From positions 13,090 to 77,089 of IMG/VR virus record IMGVR_UViG_3300036793_000060: a DNA stretch of 64,000 nucleotides, one strand, 5' to 3'. Origin of the DNA: a virus (Duplodnaviria; Caudoviricetes). Shown piece after piece: positions 1-9,429 of this stretch. The translations under genes were made by a program, and so were the position numbers. The stretch's first letter is position 1. Every line of letters starts with the position of its first letter. The notes beneath the pieces are model-generated. The model did no database searches. It was not told the origin of the DNA and was given only the letters and a program-made list of their open reading frames with translations.

Positions 1-1485
1 GTACTGCAGCAGAACCTGCCAGGCATCCGGCCGCTCTGGCACAAGACCGAGGACTCGCTGACGCTCGGGCACCTGGACGACTCGATGAAGCTGGCTGGCC
101 TGAAGGAGCGGGCCGAGATAGAGGTCGACCCGACCGCCGCGAGGGGCCAGGCAGACCTCCAGGCGGGCATGAGGGCGAACCGGTGGACGTGGGGCACCGT
201 CCCCGCCACGTGGGCGCCTTACTGGTGCTACGGCGCGCTCGACCCCGTGCTGGCGGCGCACCTGTGGATGACGCTCGGGCCGCGCGTGCTGCCCAGGTAC
301 CGGGAGGCCTACGACCTGGAGCGGGCGGTCATCCGGATCTGCGCGGGGATGATGGACCGGGGGATGATGGTCGACCTGCCCTTCATCCGGGAGAAGATCG
401 CCGACATCGAGCGGTTCACCGCGCAGGCCCTGCCGTGGCTGCGAGAGAACTTCGGCATCGAGACGGTCAACAGCGGGCCGCAGGTGATGCGGGGCCTGAA
501 CAGCGCCGGGATCCAGACGGTGGTGCTCACCGAGGAGGGCAACCCCTCGATATCCAAGGAGGCGCTTGGCTTCTACGCGGGCGCCTACCCCGAGCACGCG
601 GCGCTGATCAACACCATCCGGCTGTGCCGCAAGGCGGGCGACCTGACCGGGAAGTACCTGGGCAAGTTCCTGGCCATGCAAGACGACGGGATCATGCACT
701 ACTCGATCTGGCCATGCCGAGCGCGCACATCGCGGATGAGCGTAACCGACCCGCCGATGCAGACCTACGACCGCGACGAGCCGGTAGTCCGTGGCGCGTA
801 CATCCCGAGGCCCGGCCACGTGCTGGCGCCCATCGACGCCGACCAGTTCGAGATGCGGCTCACCGCGCACTTCAGCGGCGACGCCCAGCTGATCGCTGAC
901 TTCCTGGAGGCCGAGCGGAACGGCCAGTCGTTCTTCGTCCTCGCCAGCGGGAGAATCTACGGGGAGCAGGTCTCCAAGAAGGACCCCCGGTACAACTACA
1001 CGAAGAACTCCAGCTACGCGCAGGTGTACGGGGCGTCGCTCCGCAAGGCGGCGGCCACGGCGGGCGTGCCCGAGGCGCAGATGGGCGAGGCCTACTACGG
1101 CTTCCAGCGGCGCTATCCGGGGGTGCCACGGCTCATGCAGCGGCTGATCTACGCCGCGAAGAGGCGGGGAGGCCGGCCATACGCCGACATCATCGACGGG
1201 CGGCGGCTCTGGGTGCCGAGGGGCCACGAGTACGCGATCCTCAACACTGAGGTCCAGGGAGGCCAGGCGGTGCTGATGAAGCGCAAGCTCGTCGAGCTGG
1301 ACGCGGCCGGGTTCGGCGAGTTCATGGACCTGACCATTCACGACGAGATCCTCTTCGAGTTCCCCGAGAAGGAGGCGGAGAGAATGCTGGCCCAGGCTAC
1401 GGAGCTGCTTACCGACCGCACGTCGTTGGCAGTTCCCATTACCTGGAGCGGGACAATTCTTAGGGAGAGATGGCGCAAAACATGA
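1..1485 (+). CDS. polA: Family A DNA polymerase, 5'-truncated by the window edge
   Basis: Frame is open from base 1. Motif A DADQFEMR, motif B KNSSYAQVYG, motif C IHDEILFE, plus RARTSRMSVTDPPMQT (TGRLSS-like). Confidence 0.95.
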   Translation, partial: VLQQNLPGIRPLWHKTEDSLTLGHLDDSMKLAGLKERAEIEVDPTAARGQADLQAGMRANRWTWGTVPATWAPYWCYGALDPVLAAHLWMTLGPRVLPRYREAYDLERAVIRICAGMMDRGMMVDLPFIREKIADIERFTAQALPWLRENFGIETVNSGPQVMRGLNSAGIQTVVLTEEGNPSISKEALGFYAGAYPEHAALINTIRLCRKAGDLTGKYLGKFLAMQDDGIMHYSIWPCRARTSRMSVTDPPMQTYDRDEPVVRGAYIPRPGHVLAPIDADQFEMRLTAHFSGDAQLIADFLEAERNGQSFFVLASGRIYGEQVSKKDPRYNYTKNSSYAQVYGASLRKAAATAGVPEAQMGEAYYGFQRRYPGVPRLMQRLIYAAKRRGGRPYADIIDGRRLWVPRGHEYAILNTEVQGGQAVLMKRKLVELDAAGFGEFMDLTIHDEILFEFPEKEAERMLAQATELLTDRTSLAVPITWSGTILRERWRKT

Positions 1486-2216
1486 GCAGCCTTGACGAGA
1501 GCAAGGAGCAGGTAGCCAGCGAGTTCGAGGAAAGGCTGGCTGATTACGAGGGCGCGGCCATTTCCGCGCCGGTACTGCGGCAGGTACTGCGGGACATGCT
1601 GAACCGCGCGGTGATAATCCCTGCCGCTGCAGCCCTGAAGCTGCAGGAGGAGGCCCTTGCCCAGCGAAGGGCGAAGGACCAGGCCTACTCCGAGCGGAAT
1701 GCGCTGGTCGCGGTAATGACCAAGGTCTGGCCGTCGCACCTGCTCGATCACCCTCGCAATCTCCCGGACTATGACCCGGAGTACCCGGTGGCTGTGTGCG
1801 TGCACATCCCCGAGGCGGGACAGCAGGGCTGGCATGTCCACCGGGATGAGCTGCACCTGTTCAGCCACCTGAAGGGCCTGGACATCCCGTCCTGCCCCGG
1901 CTGGCAGCCCTACAGCACGCAGGAAAAGTACCAGCGCCTGGGGCAGCTTCCGGTGCTCCGCAGGGACGCCGTCAGGACCGCGCTGAGGGAGTCATCGGGC
2001 AGTGACTTCCACGTGAGGGCCGACCTCTGGGACAGGGGCGACCTCGGCTGCAAGTGGGTGAAGTCCGACGCGTTCGGGCGCCCGGTGGCTACGCTGCGGC
2101 GCATCGGCTGGCTCGACCAGAAGGGCCGCGTGTACGTTCACGCGCCCGGAGTTACAGGGTTCGACGGGGGTAGCCTGACCCCGCTGCTCATCGACGTGCG
2201 AGAGGACGGACACTGA
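1482..2216 (+). CDS. Hypothetical protein with a WDGH-like phage domain
   Basis: ATGA overlap with the polymerase stop. AYSERNALVA...GQQGWHV...WQPYSTQEKYQRL resembles the YxER...GQxSWH...WDGHTTxEKYxRL pattern. Confidence 0.7.
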   Translation: MSSLDESKEQVASEFEERLADYEGAAISAPVLRQVLRDMLNRAVIIPAAAALKLQEEALAQRRAKDQAYSERNALVAVMTKVWPSHLLDHPRNLPDYDPEYPVAVCVHIPEAGQQGWHVHRDELHLFSHLKGLDIPSCPGWQPYSTQEKYQRLGQLPVLRRDAVRTALRESSGSDFHVRADLWDRGDLGCKWVKSDAFGRPVATLRRIGWLDQKGRVYVHAPGVTGFDGGSLTPLLIDVREDGH

Positions 2217-2314
2217 TGCGGAGCTTCTCCAACGGGGCGGGGGCGGACAACCGCGACCCTGACTGCCCCGAGGTAGCTGACCAGCAGCACCAGCTGGCAC
2301 CCGGCAGGATCTGA
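2216..2314 (+). CDS. Possible 32-aa ORF
   Basis: TGATG overlap with the upstream stop; no recognisable motif. Confidence 0.3.
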   Translation: MRSFSNGAGADNRDPDCPEVADQQHQLAPGRI

Positions 2315-2317
2315 GGA

Positions 2318-2343
2318 GGAACACCGGCCTGCCGGGCAGCGTT
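2318..2343 (+). promoter_or_regulatory. ECF-sigma-type promoter GGAAC-N18-GTT
   Basis: GGAAC accggcctgccgggcagc GTTATCC; one of seven similar sites. Confidence 0.7.
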
Positions 2344-2380
2344 ATCCGGAGTGCGTGAAGCCAGGAAAGGGAGCAGGGAG

Positions 2381-2506
2381 ATGTCAGTACGGATCGGGTT
2401 CTCGGTGGGGATCTGGCCGTTCCGCATCTGGATCGGCAAGACCTTCTACAAGAGGAAGAGGCGCAGCCGTGGGGCTTATCAGGCCAGGCGGAGGCAGCGG
2501 CCCTAA
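2381..2506 (+). CDS. 41-aa very basic protein (MSVRIGFSVGIWPFRIWIGKTFYKRKRRSRG...)
   Basis: AGGGAG RBS before the ATG, directly downstream of the promoter. Not in the supplied ORF track. Confidence 0.6.
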   Translation: MSVRIGFSVGIWPFRIWIGKTFYKRKRRSRGAYQARRRQRP

Positions 2507-2590
2507 CGGGTCGCCCGGCAGCAGTGACAGGGGCGGGTCCGGGCAGGGTGCCAACGGGCCGCACAGCAAGCCGCCTACCGGCCGCCCGAA

Positions 2591-2785
2591 GTGAGCCTCA
2601 GGCGGCCAGCGGGCCGGGCGGGCACGCACCCGTCCGGCCCTGCGGGCACCCGCCCTCAGCGGGTGCTGACGATCGAGCGGGGACCATGCGGGTGCGCCAC
2701 GTGCGAGTGCACGTGCCTGACGCTTGCTTGGGTCTGCCCGTGCTGCAAGGCAGGGAGGCACGACGGGACATGCTCACCCCAGTGA
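2591..2785 (+). CDS. Possible small Cys-rich protein
   Basis: CGCATCECTC...CPCCK cluster; fills the gap before the resolvase. Confidence 0.35.
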   Translation: MSLRRPAGRAGTHPSGPAGTRPQRVLTIERGPCGCATCECTCLTLAWVCPCCKAGRHDGTCSPQ

Positions 2786-3252
2786 CTACGTGGGTCGACC
2801 CCGGAGGCATGACGGGGGTCGCCACCTACTACAGGGACACCGGCCAGATGTGCGCGTTCGAGTGCGCGCAGATGGACGCCAGCGCGATGGTCTGGTCGCT
2901 GTGCGCGGCTCACCGCGACTCCCTCGCCATCGGCTGGGAGAAATTCACCATCACGGGAAACACGGCCAAGTTCACCAGGGCGGGGAGCAATGCCGCGATA
3001 GAGGTCATCGGGGTCTGCCGGTGGGCCGCGCACGCATGGTCGTGCACAGTGCTGCCAGCGGCCCAGCAGCACACGCCGGACGCCGCTGACCAGCACCTGC
3101 TGAAGTCGCTCGGCTGGTGGGTGCCCGGCAAGGATGACGCGCAAAGCGCTGCGGCGCATCTCGTAAGGTGGATGCTGCGCAGTAACCAGGCGCCGCCCGT
3201 GGTGGCGGCTGCCGTGCAGATGGCACAGGGATCAGGGAGACAGGGAACATGA
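2770..3252 (+). CDS. RuvC-like Holliday junction resolvase (actinophage type)
   Basis: WVDPGGMTG, WEKF, IEVIG and GKDDAQSAAAHL match the DPGxxTG/ExF/DA pattern. Start re-chosen at ATG 2770. Confidence 0.75.
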   Translation: MLTPVTTWVDPGGMTGVATYYRDTGQMCAFECAQMDASAMVWSLCAAHRDSLAIGWEKFTITGNTAKFTRAGSNAAIEVIGVCRWAAHAWSCTVLPAAQQHTPDAADQHLLKSLGWWVPGKDDAQSAAAHLVRWMLRSNQAPPVVAAAVQMAQGSGRQGT

Positions 3253-3701
3253 CCGCGAGAAGGGTCACGCAGATACGCACGGTCGCGCAGCGCAAGGCGG
3301 CCAAGATGGCGAGCATCAGTGACGGGCAGCTCATCTGCCTGTCGATGCACCGCCACGACTTCCCGAGCGACACGCTCTCGCCGAGGGACACCAAGCTCCC
3401 CAAGGGCATGGAGGCGAGGCTGGAGCGCCAGGGGAGCTACCAGATCACCGACACGTGCAGGCGGTGCGGCAAGAAGCGCACGTTCGACACGCCGACCGGG
3501 GACCTGTTCGGCCAGCGGGCCGGCTACAAGTACGAGAGGCCGGACGACCACGTCGTGTTCTCCCGCGATGAGTGCGAGGAGCTTGGCATCTCACCGTCCG
3601 CTGACGCGGCTGTCGAGAGGTTCCACCGGATCGCGCCGCTGATCCAGCGCACCGCGCAACCGGTGACCGAAGTGAAGTTCAAGGGGGCAGGCGCGTCATG
3701 A
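3249..3701 (+). CDS. Hypothetical protein with a putative Zn site (C..H..H...CRRC)
   Basis: ATGA overlaps at both ends; coding-like codon bias. Confidence 0.75.
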   Translation: MTARRVTQIRTVAQRKAAKMASISDGQLICLSMHRHDFPSDTLSPRDTKLPKGMEARLERQGSYQITDTCRRCGKKRTFDTPTGDLFGQRAGYKYERPDDHVVFSRDECEELGISPSADAAVERFHRIAPLIQRTAQPVTEVKFKGAGAS

Positions 3702-4084
3702 AGGGCATCATCGCCTACGACGACCTCGACGCGGCCGAGGGCAAGCGCACCATCGCCAGCGAGACCGTGCCGCTGTCCCTCGACGGGCAGGATGTCGAGG
3801 TCGACCTGTCAGAGGAGCACGCCAGCGCCCTGCGGGAGTTCCTGCACCCGTACCTGGTGGCGGGCGGCGCGTTCACGTCCAAGGCGTCATCCGGTGCGGG
3901 GGGCAAGTGGACCGAGCGCCGCGACTACCTGAAGCTGTACCGGCGGTGGGCGGCGAAGAACGGCGTTCACTACATCTCAGAGGGCGGCAGCTACTACTAC
4001 AGCAAGGACGGCATAGCCCAGTTCGACGCCTGGCTCGCAACAAGCCGCCAGCAGCTGGCGCCCATTCCGGAGGTAGGCGAGTGA
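3698..4084 (+). CDS. lsr2: Lsr2-like nucleoid-associated protein with an atypical C-terminus
   Basis: DDLD...ETVPLSLDGQDVEVDLSEEHASALREFLHPY matches the Lsr2 dimerisation domain. RRWAAKNG matches the REWARxNG helix. Confidence 0.85.
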   Translation: MKGIIAYDDLDAAEGKRTIASETVPLSLDGQDVEVDLSEEHASALREFLHPYLVAGGAFTSKASSGAGGKWTERRDYLKLYRRWAAKNGVHYISEGGSYYYSKDGIAQFDAWLATSRQQLAPIPEVGE

Positions 4085-4482
4085 CCGAGATCAGCGGCAC
4101 GCCCGACCCGTACGAGGGCGACCCCGTCTTCGAGGGCCTGGTCCCTGCCGTCAGCCCGGCCAGGGCGCTGGTGATCGCGGTCGAGCAGAAGCTGGCGGAC
4201 ACCTACGGGGCCTTCTGGCGGAATAGGCTGCCGGACGACCTGAAGCTGTACATGCACCCGTCGGTGCGCAGGGAGCTGTGGAAGGACGCGTCCTTCATGA
4301 GCTTCGAGGCCTTCCGGAACGGCGGCGACATCGAGGCGGTGTTCTACGTCCCGGTGCACGTCACCATCGACGGGCTGATGCCCGGCCAGTGGAAGCTGGC
4401 GATCATCACCGAGAACGTGCTGCTCGGCGGTACGCTGCTGCCTCCGGACGAGAGGGGCACGGGTGGCCTGGGCAGCAGCTGA
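4081..4482 (+). CDS. Hypothetical protein
   Basis: GTGA overlap; strong GC3 bias. Confidence 0.7.
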   Translation: MTEISGTPDPYEGDPVFEGLVPAVSPARALVIAVEQKLADTYGAFWRNRLPDDLKLYMHPSVRRELWKDASFMSFEAFRNGGDIEAVFYVPVHVTIDGLMPGQWKLAIITENVLLGGTLLPPDERGTGGLGSS

Positions 4483-6310
4483 CCTGGACAGCACGCCGGG
4501 CCAGGTCATCCTGGCCATCGGCTGCTCGCGGGCAGAATACGGTTTGTGCGAGCAGATCCCCGGCTGCAACTTCAGCAAGAAGGACTCGCTCTGGCGCGTC
4601 CCGCTGACCTGGCCAGCCTGGGTCTGCTTCCGCACCATCTGGGCGCAGCAGCACATCGTCATCTCGCCAGCCCTTCAGGAGTTCGAGCGCCAGGAGTGGG
4701 AGGTCATCAAGGACCGGTACCGGTGGCGCTCGGTGCTCAGCGAGACCGACCAGGGCATCGCGCTGCACCTCGATGAGCTGGATGAGCACTCGCCTGGGTT
4801 CGCGCTGCTCCCCTTCCAGCGAGGCGGGGCGCAGTGGCTGGACCTGGCCGGCCGGGCGATCCTGGAGGACCCGCAGGGCAACGGCAAGACTCCCCAGGTC
4901 ATCCGGGCACTGCAGATGCAGAGGCACCACGCGGGACGCGTCGGGTGGCAGGCGCTGGTCATCGCCACCCCCGCCGCGTGCCGGAACTGGAAGCGCGAGT
5001 TCGCCCGGTGGGCGCCGGAGATGGACGTGCAGGTCGTGTCGGGCACCGCGACCGCAAGGCGCAAGGCACTGGCCGCCGGGGACGCGAGCGTGTACGTCCT
5101 GCCGTGGCCCGACGTCCGGCTGCACACCCGGCTGGCGAACTACCCCGGCCAGGCGTTCGTCCGGTGCGACGCCCACGGCGGGTCGACCGGCAAGACGCCG
5201 GCCCAGTGCGAGGTGCACCCCAAGGAGCTGAACGCGATGACGTTCGACGTCGTCGTGGCCGATGAGGCGCACAGGATGAAGGACGCCAGGTCCAAGCAGA
5301 CGCGGGCAGCCTGGTACCTGGCCCACAGTGCCAGGTGCTTCTGGCCGGTGACAGGCACCCCGGTAGCCGACCACGTCGGCGACGTGTGGCCGGTCCTGCA
5401 CGGCATCAGCGAGGTGGCGTTCCCGTCCAAGTCGCGCTACCTGGACCTGTTCGCTCGCAAGGAGTATGCCTGGCACGGGGGCACGGAGATCCTCGGGCTG
5501 CGGCCGGACAATGAGCAGGCCTTCCACGCGATCGTGCAGCCGTACGTGCGCCGGATCCCCAAGGAGATCGGCCGCGCCCAGCTGGGCAGCGTGTACAAGG
5601 GCCGGCTGGAGCCAGCGTTCCGCTATCCCGAGATGGCCCCCGCGCAGCGCAAGTCCTACGACCAGATGCGCAAGGTGGCCCTGGCCGAGCTGGAGTCGAC
5701 CACTGTCGTCCCGGAGAACACCATCGTGGCGTTCACCCGGCTGTGCCAGATGGCCGCCAGCGCCATCGAGGCCTACGACGGGGAGGACAGGGACGGGTTC
5801 ACCACCCAGCGAATCAGGATGGTGGCGCCGTCGCACAAGGCGGCCGACCTGCTCGACTTCCTCGCCGACGAGGACGAGTCCGAGCAGTTCGTCGTCTACA
5901 TGAACAGCCCTCAGCTGCTGGCGATCTGCGAGGCGAAGCTGGCCGACGCGAAGATCAAGTACGACAAGGTCGCCGGGGGAATGGCGGAATGGCAGCAGGA
6001 TGAGTCCGTGCAGTCATTCCAGCGCGGCGACTCGCGCGTCTGCCTGATCACGCGGGCTGGCATGGAGTCAATTACGCTGACAGCCGCCAGCACCATCTTG
6101 TTCCTGCAGCCGAACCCGTCATTCCTGCAGACGGACCAGGCGATCGGCCGAATTGACAGGATCGGCCAGGAGTACCCGGTTCGGGTCATCTACTCGCTGA
6201 CGCCGAATACGGTGGAGGAAAGGCTGTTCCAGCTGTCGCAGGAAAAGCAGGAGAGGGCCGATGAGGTCACACGGGACGCGGACCTGATGCGCTGGATGCT
6301 GACGCCGTGA
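4463..6310 (+). CDS. SNF2-family helicase/translocase
   Basis: LLPFQRGG (Q motif), EDPQGNGKT (Walker A), VVADEAH (DEAH), VTGTP, QAIGRIDRIGQ (motif VI). Confidence 0.93.
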   Translation: MAWAAADLDSTPGQVILAIGCSRAEYGLCEQIPGCNFSKKDSLWRVPLTWPAWVCFRTIWAQQHIVISPALQEFERQEWEVIKDRYRWRSVLSETDQGIALHLDELDEHSPGFALLPFQRGGAQWLDLAGRAILEDPQGNGKTPQVIRALQMQRHHAGRVGWQALVIATPAACRNWKREFARWAPEMDVQVVSGTATARRKALAAGDASVYVLPWPDVRLHTRLANYPGQAFVRCDAHGGSTGKTPAQCEVHPKELNAMTFDVVVADEAHRMKDARSKQTRAAWYLAHSARCFWPVTGTPVADHVGDVWPVLHGISEVAFPSKSRYLDLFARKEYAWHGGTEILGLRPDNEQAFHAIVQPYVRRIPKEIGRAQLGSVYKGRLEPAFRYPEMAPAQRKSYDQMRKVALAELESTTVVPENTIVAFTRLCQMAASAIEAYDGEDRDGFTTQRIRMVAPSHKAADLLDFLADEDESEQFVVYMNSPQLLAICEAKLADAKIKYDKVAGGMAEWQQDESVQSFQRGDSRVCLITRAGMESITLTAASTILFLQPNPSFLQTDQAIGRIDRIGQEYPVRVIYSLTPNTVEERLFQLSQEKQERADEVTRDADLMRWMLTP

Positions 6311-6428
6311 GGGATTACTGGGGCTGGCTACGCGAGAATCCTTATCATATGACCTCATTCATCATCAACGTCGCCGGGCTGTGCTGCGCTGTATCTGCTA
6401 TCTGCCTGCTGATCGCCGGAGGCTGACC

Positions 6429-6728
6429 GTGAAGGCAAGAGGATGGGCTATCCAGTACAAGTTCCCGCTCCCTTATGACATCATCGTGACGAACGACGTC
6501 GGCGAGCACGTGATCGTGAATGTCCAGTCAATCGAGGTGCCTTTCGATACCGAGGCGTCGGCACTGGGCGCAGCCGACGACGGACTTCCGAGGGTTATCG
6601 CCAAGAACCAGGTCGTGGAGGGGGAGGTAATCACCGATGATAGCGATCAGCAATTCAGAGATCGCGCTGTGGAAGCGGTGCCGCCGTCAGTGGTACCTAA
6701 GGTATTACCTTGGCATGCGGCTGGCTGA
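6429..6728 (+). CDS. Possible hypothetical protein, 3' end overlapping the nuclease gene
   Basis: Coding-like codons from GTG 6429; start uncertain; ~90-nt overlap with the next gene. Confidence 0.45.
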   Translation: MKARGWAIQYKFPLPYDIIVTNDVGEHVIVNVQSIEVPFDTEASALGAADDGLPRVIAKNQVVEGEVITDDSDQQFRDRAVEAVPPSVVPKVLPWHAAG

Positions 6729-7641
6729 CGAGAACGCCACCGGCCCGATGCAGCAGGGCACGCGCATCCACACTGCCCTGGAGGCCCAGTACGGGTACGG
6801 CGTCCCGGCCCACAAGGCGCTGGCCACGATCTACGACCACGCCGAGGCCCGGTGGCCCGAGCCGGCCGACGTCGCCGCGCTGCGGGCCGAGCGCGAGACG
6901 TCGCTGATCATGGTCAGCGGCTACCTGGAGTGGGTAGACGAGACCGGCGCCGACGCGAATCTCCGGGTGGTGGCGACCGAGCGTGACATCAGGGTGCCGA
7001 TGCCAGGCATGCCGGAGGTGCTGCTGCGGGCCAAGCTGGACCAGGTGGTGCTGGACGAGCAGTCAGGAATGCTGTCGTTCCTTGACCACAAGACGTCGGC
7101 CAGCTTCGAGAAGCACGAGCACCTGGTGCTCGACCCGCAGTTCCGCCACTACGCGCTCATCCAGCGGCTGGCGCGGCCAGCCGGCGCTCCGCAGGTCTAC
7201 GGCGGGATCATGAACACGCTGCGCCGGGTCAAGCGCAGCTCGGCCAGCAAGCCGCCCTACTACCAGCGGGATGCCGTCCGGTTCAACGACGAGGCGATCG
7301 AGGCCACGCTGATGTCCGTGCGCGGCGCGGTCATGGAGATCGTCATGGCGCGCAGCGGGTTCGACGAGATCCGCGAGGCCGGCAACGTGCTGGAGTCCGT
7401 GAACGCGGCACAGCGGCTGATCACCTACCCCAACCCGCGAGTTCGCGACTGCAGCTGGGACTGCCCGTTCACGTCGCTGTGCCCGATGATGGACGACGGC
7501 AGCGACTGGGTGGGCGCCCTGATCGCCAGCGGCCGGTACGCCCAGGGCGACCCGTACGGGTACTACGGGGACTCACTGCTCCCGCTGGTCCTGGCGGCGG
7601 GTAAGGTGGGCGGCACGGAACAGGGAGAGGGCAACGGATGA
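6637..7641 (+). CDS. PD-(D/E)xK RecB/Cas4-like exonuclease
   Basis: ISNSE...KRCRRQW, GTRIHTALE, E...KLD...LDHKT, QxxHY, C-terminal CSWDCPFTSLC. Confidence 0.9.
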   Translation: MIAISNSEIALWKRCRRQWYLRYYLGMRLADENATGPMQQGTRIHTALEAQYGYGVPAHKALATIYDHAEARWPEPADVAALRAERETSLIMVSGYLEWVDETGADANLRVVATERDIRVPMPGMPEVLLRAKLDQVVLDEQSGMLSFLDHKTSASFEKHEHLVLDPQFRHYALIQRLARPAGAPQVYGGIMNTLRRVKRSSASKPPYYQRDAVRFNDEAIEATLMSVRGAVMEIVMARSGFDEIREAGNVLESVNAAQRLITYPNPRVRDCSWDCPFTSLCPMMDDGSDWVGALIASGRYAQGDPYGYYGDSLLPLVLAAGKVGGTEQGEGNG

Positions 7642-8393
7642 GGCCTCAGGGGCTGTCGTTCCTGATACACGCCAACGCGAAGGCAGGCAAGTCAACGCTG
7701 TGCGACAGCGGGCCGCAGCCACGGCTGATACTCGACGTCGAGGGCACGGCGGTCTGGACGCCGTCCAGGAAGACGGAGTGGGATCCGATGCGGACGCCGC
7801 CACCCCAGCTGGGGCAGCGGGTTACTGCCGGGTACGGCCAGCCGTCGGTCAACCCTGACTGGGAGTCCTGCCTGGTCATGGTGCGCGACATGTCCACCAT
7901 CACCTCGGCCTACAAGGTGCTGTCGAGCGGTCAGCACCCGTTCGCCAGCCTGTCGTTCGACTCGATCACCGAGGGCCAGCAGAGGATGATTGACAAGCTG
8001 GTCGGCACCAAGAAGATGGAGTACGACCACTGGGGGTCGATACTCCGGCAGATCAGCTCGATGACCAGGCAGTTCCGCGACCTGACCACGCACCCCACCA
8101 GGCCGCTGTGGTCGGTGGCGTTCGTGGCCGGCACGCACTGGGACAAGACGACCAGCAAGTGGCGACCGCTGGTGCAAGGGCAGTCCCAGGACTTCCTGCC
8201 GTACTACGTCGACATCGAGGGGTACCTCGGTGCGTCGCCGGGCGGGTCGAGAGACCTGCTCATCGGCCCTCACCCCCGCTTCGAGACAGGCGAGCGGGTA
8301 GCGGGCCGGCTCCCTTACTCGATGCAGATCGGGTACCGGGGCAGCCAGGGTTACACACTTGAGGGCATGGTCCGCCAGGTTCTCGCAGCCTAA
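7638..8393 (+). CDS. AAA-family ATPase (Sak4/AAA_24-like recombination protein)
   Basis: HANAKAGKST Walker A, ILDVEG, FDSITE; sits between the nuclease and the SSB-like gene. Confidence 0.85.
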   Translation: MRPQGLSFLIHANAKAGKSTLCDSGPQPRLILDVEGTAVWTPSRKTEWDPMRTPPPQLGQRVTAGYGQPSVNPDWESCLVMVRDMSTITSAYKVLSSGQHPFASLSFDSITEGQQRMIDKLVGTKKMEYDHWGSILRQISSMTRQFRDLTTHPTRPLWSVAFVAGTHWDKTTSKWRPLVQGQSQDFLPYYVDIEGYLGASPGGSRDLLIGPHPRFETGERVAGRLPYSMQIGYRGSQGYTLEGMVRQVLAA

Positions 8394-8415
8394 GCCGGGA
8401 AGGAAAGGCACGCAC

Positions 8416-9429
8416 GTGAGCAGCATGTACGACTACAGCGCACTCTGGGGCCAGGCGGACATGACCGCCGGGCAGCTCCTGGAGGCAGGCGACTATGACC
8501 TGGTGGTCGAGGACGCCGAGTGGGGGTCGACCAAGAGCGGGGACAAGGGTGCCTGGACGATCAAGTTCCGGGTCACCACCGGCCCGCACGCGGGCGCCTC
8601 GCTGACGCACACCATGAGCGTCTCGCCGACCAGGAACGACGGTGACCCCAACAACGCGGGCCTGGGCATCATGTTCCGCGAGCTGGGCGCGCTCGGCATT
8701 CCCGTGCCGCCCAACCAGCCCTTCTGGGCGCTCGGGTGGAACGAGCAGAACGTCGCGCAGGCGATGAAGGGCCGGCCGTGCCTCGCGCACATCATCCAGA
8801 ACGAGTGGGAGAACGGCACCAACAACAAGGTGCGCAAGATCCGCGACCCTCGCCCCGGTGCCCCGACCGACTGGCCGCGCAGCCAGGGCCAGCCGCAGCA
8901 GGCCCAGCAGCCGCAGCAGCAGGGCTGGGGACAGCCTCCGCAGCAGCAGGGCCAGTTCGCCCCGCAGCAGCCGCAGCAGCCGCAGCAGCCGCAGCAAGGC
9001 CCCTACGGGCAGCCGAACGCCCCGTGGAACCCGATGGCCCAGGGACAGCCGCAGCAGCCTCCCGCGCAGCCTCAGCAGCCCTGGCAGGGCCAGCCGCAGC
9101 AGCAGCAGCCGGTACAGCAGCCGGGCTTCGCGCCCGGCCAGGGCGGCGCCGGGGAGTTCACCCCGCAGGGACAGTCCCAGCAGCCCTGGCAGCAGGCCCA
9201 GCCACAGCAGCCGGCGCAGCCCGGCTACGGCACGCCTCCCGGCCCGCAGCCAGGCCAGCCCTCGCCGTGGAACCAGCAGGCACCGCCGCAGCAGCCCGGC
9301 TACGGCCAGCAGCAGCCCCCGCAGGGGCCGCAGGGGTACCCGCCCCAGCAGCCCCAGCAGGCACAGAACGGGCAGGGTCCTGGCCAGCCACCCCAGGCTG
9401 GCCCGGCCATGCCTCCCTGGGCGCAGTGA
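8416..9429 (+). CDS. DUF669-like ssDNA-binding protein with a long Pro/Gln-rich tail
   Basis: LLEAGDYDLVVEDAEWGSTKSGDKG..IKFRVTTGPHAG N-domain, then ~180 aa of QQP-rich low complexity. RBS AGGAAAGG. Confidence 0.8.
   Translation: MSSMYDYSALWGQADMTAGQLLEAGDYDLVVEDAEWGSTKSGDKGAWTIKFRVTTGPHAGASLTHTMSVSPTRNDGDPNNAGLGIMFRELGALGIPVPPNQPFWALGWNEQNVAQAMKGRPCLAHIIQNEWENGTNNKVRKIRDPRPGAPTDWPRSQGQPQQAQQPQQQGWGQPPQQQGQFAPQQPQQPQQPQQGPYGQPNAPWNPMAQGQPQQPPAQPQQPWQGQPQQQQPVQQPGFAPGQGGAGEFTPQGQSQQPWQQAQPQQPAQPGYGTPPGPQPGQPSPWNQQAPPQQPGYGQQQPPQGPQGYPPQQPQQAQNGQGPGQPPQAGPAMPPWAQ
8880..9420 (+). repeat. Low-complexity CAG/CCG-rich coding repeat (QQP units)
   Basis: Many cagcagccgcag units visible in the sequence. 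Confidence 0.85.

Noticed and set aside
4406-5836. Long antisense or alternative-frame ORFs (e.g. 4406-5836 -, 8260-9729 -, 9603-10985 -, 19587-21185 +, 50804-52564 +)
   Set aside because: They shadow real genes, have Arg/Pro/Gly-rich composition and no motifs. This is expected from GC3 bias, which removes stops from other frames.
6637-7641. CRISPR system suggested by the Cas4-like nuclease
   Set aside because: No repeat-spacer array or other cas genes are present. The context with an AAA ATPase and SSB-like gene is a recombination module.
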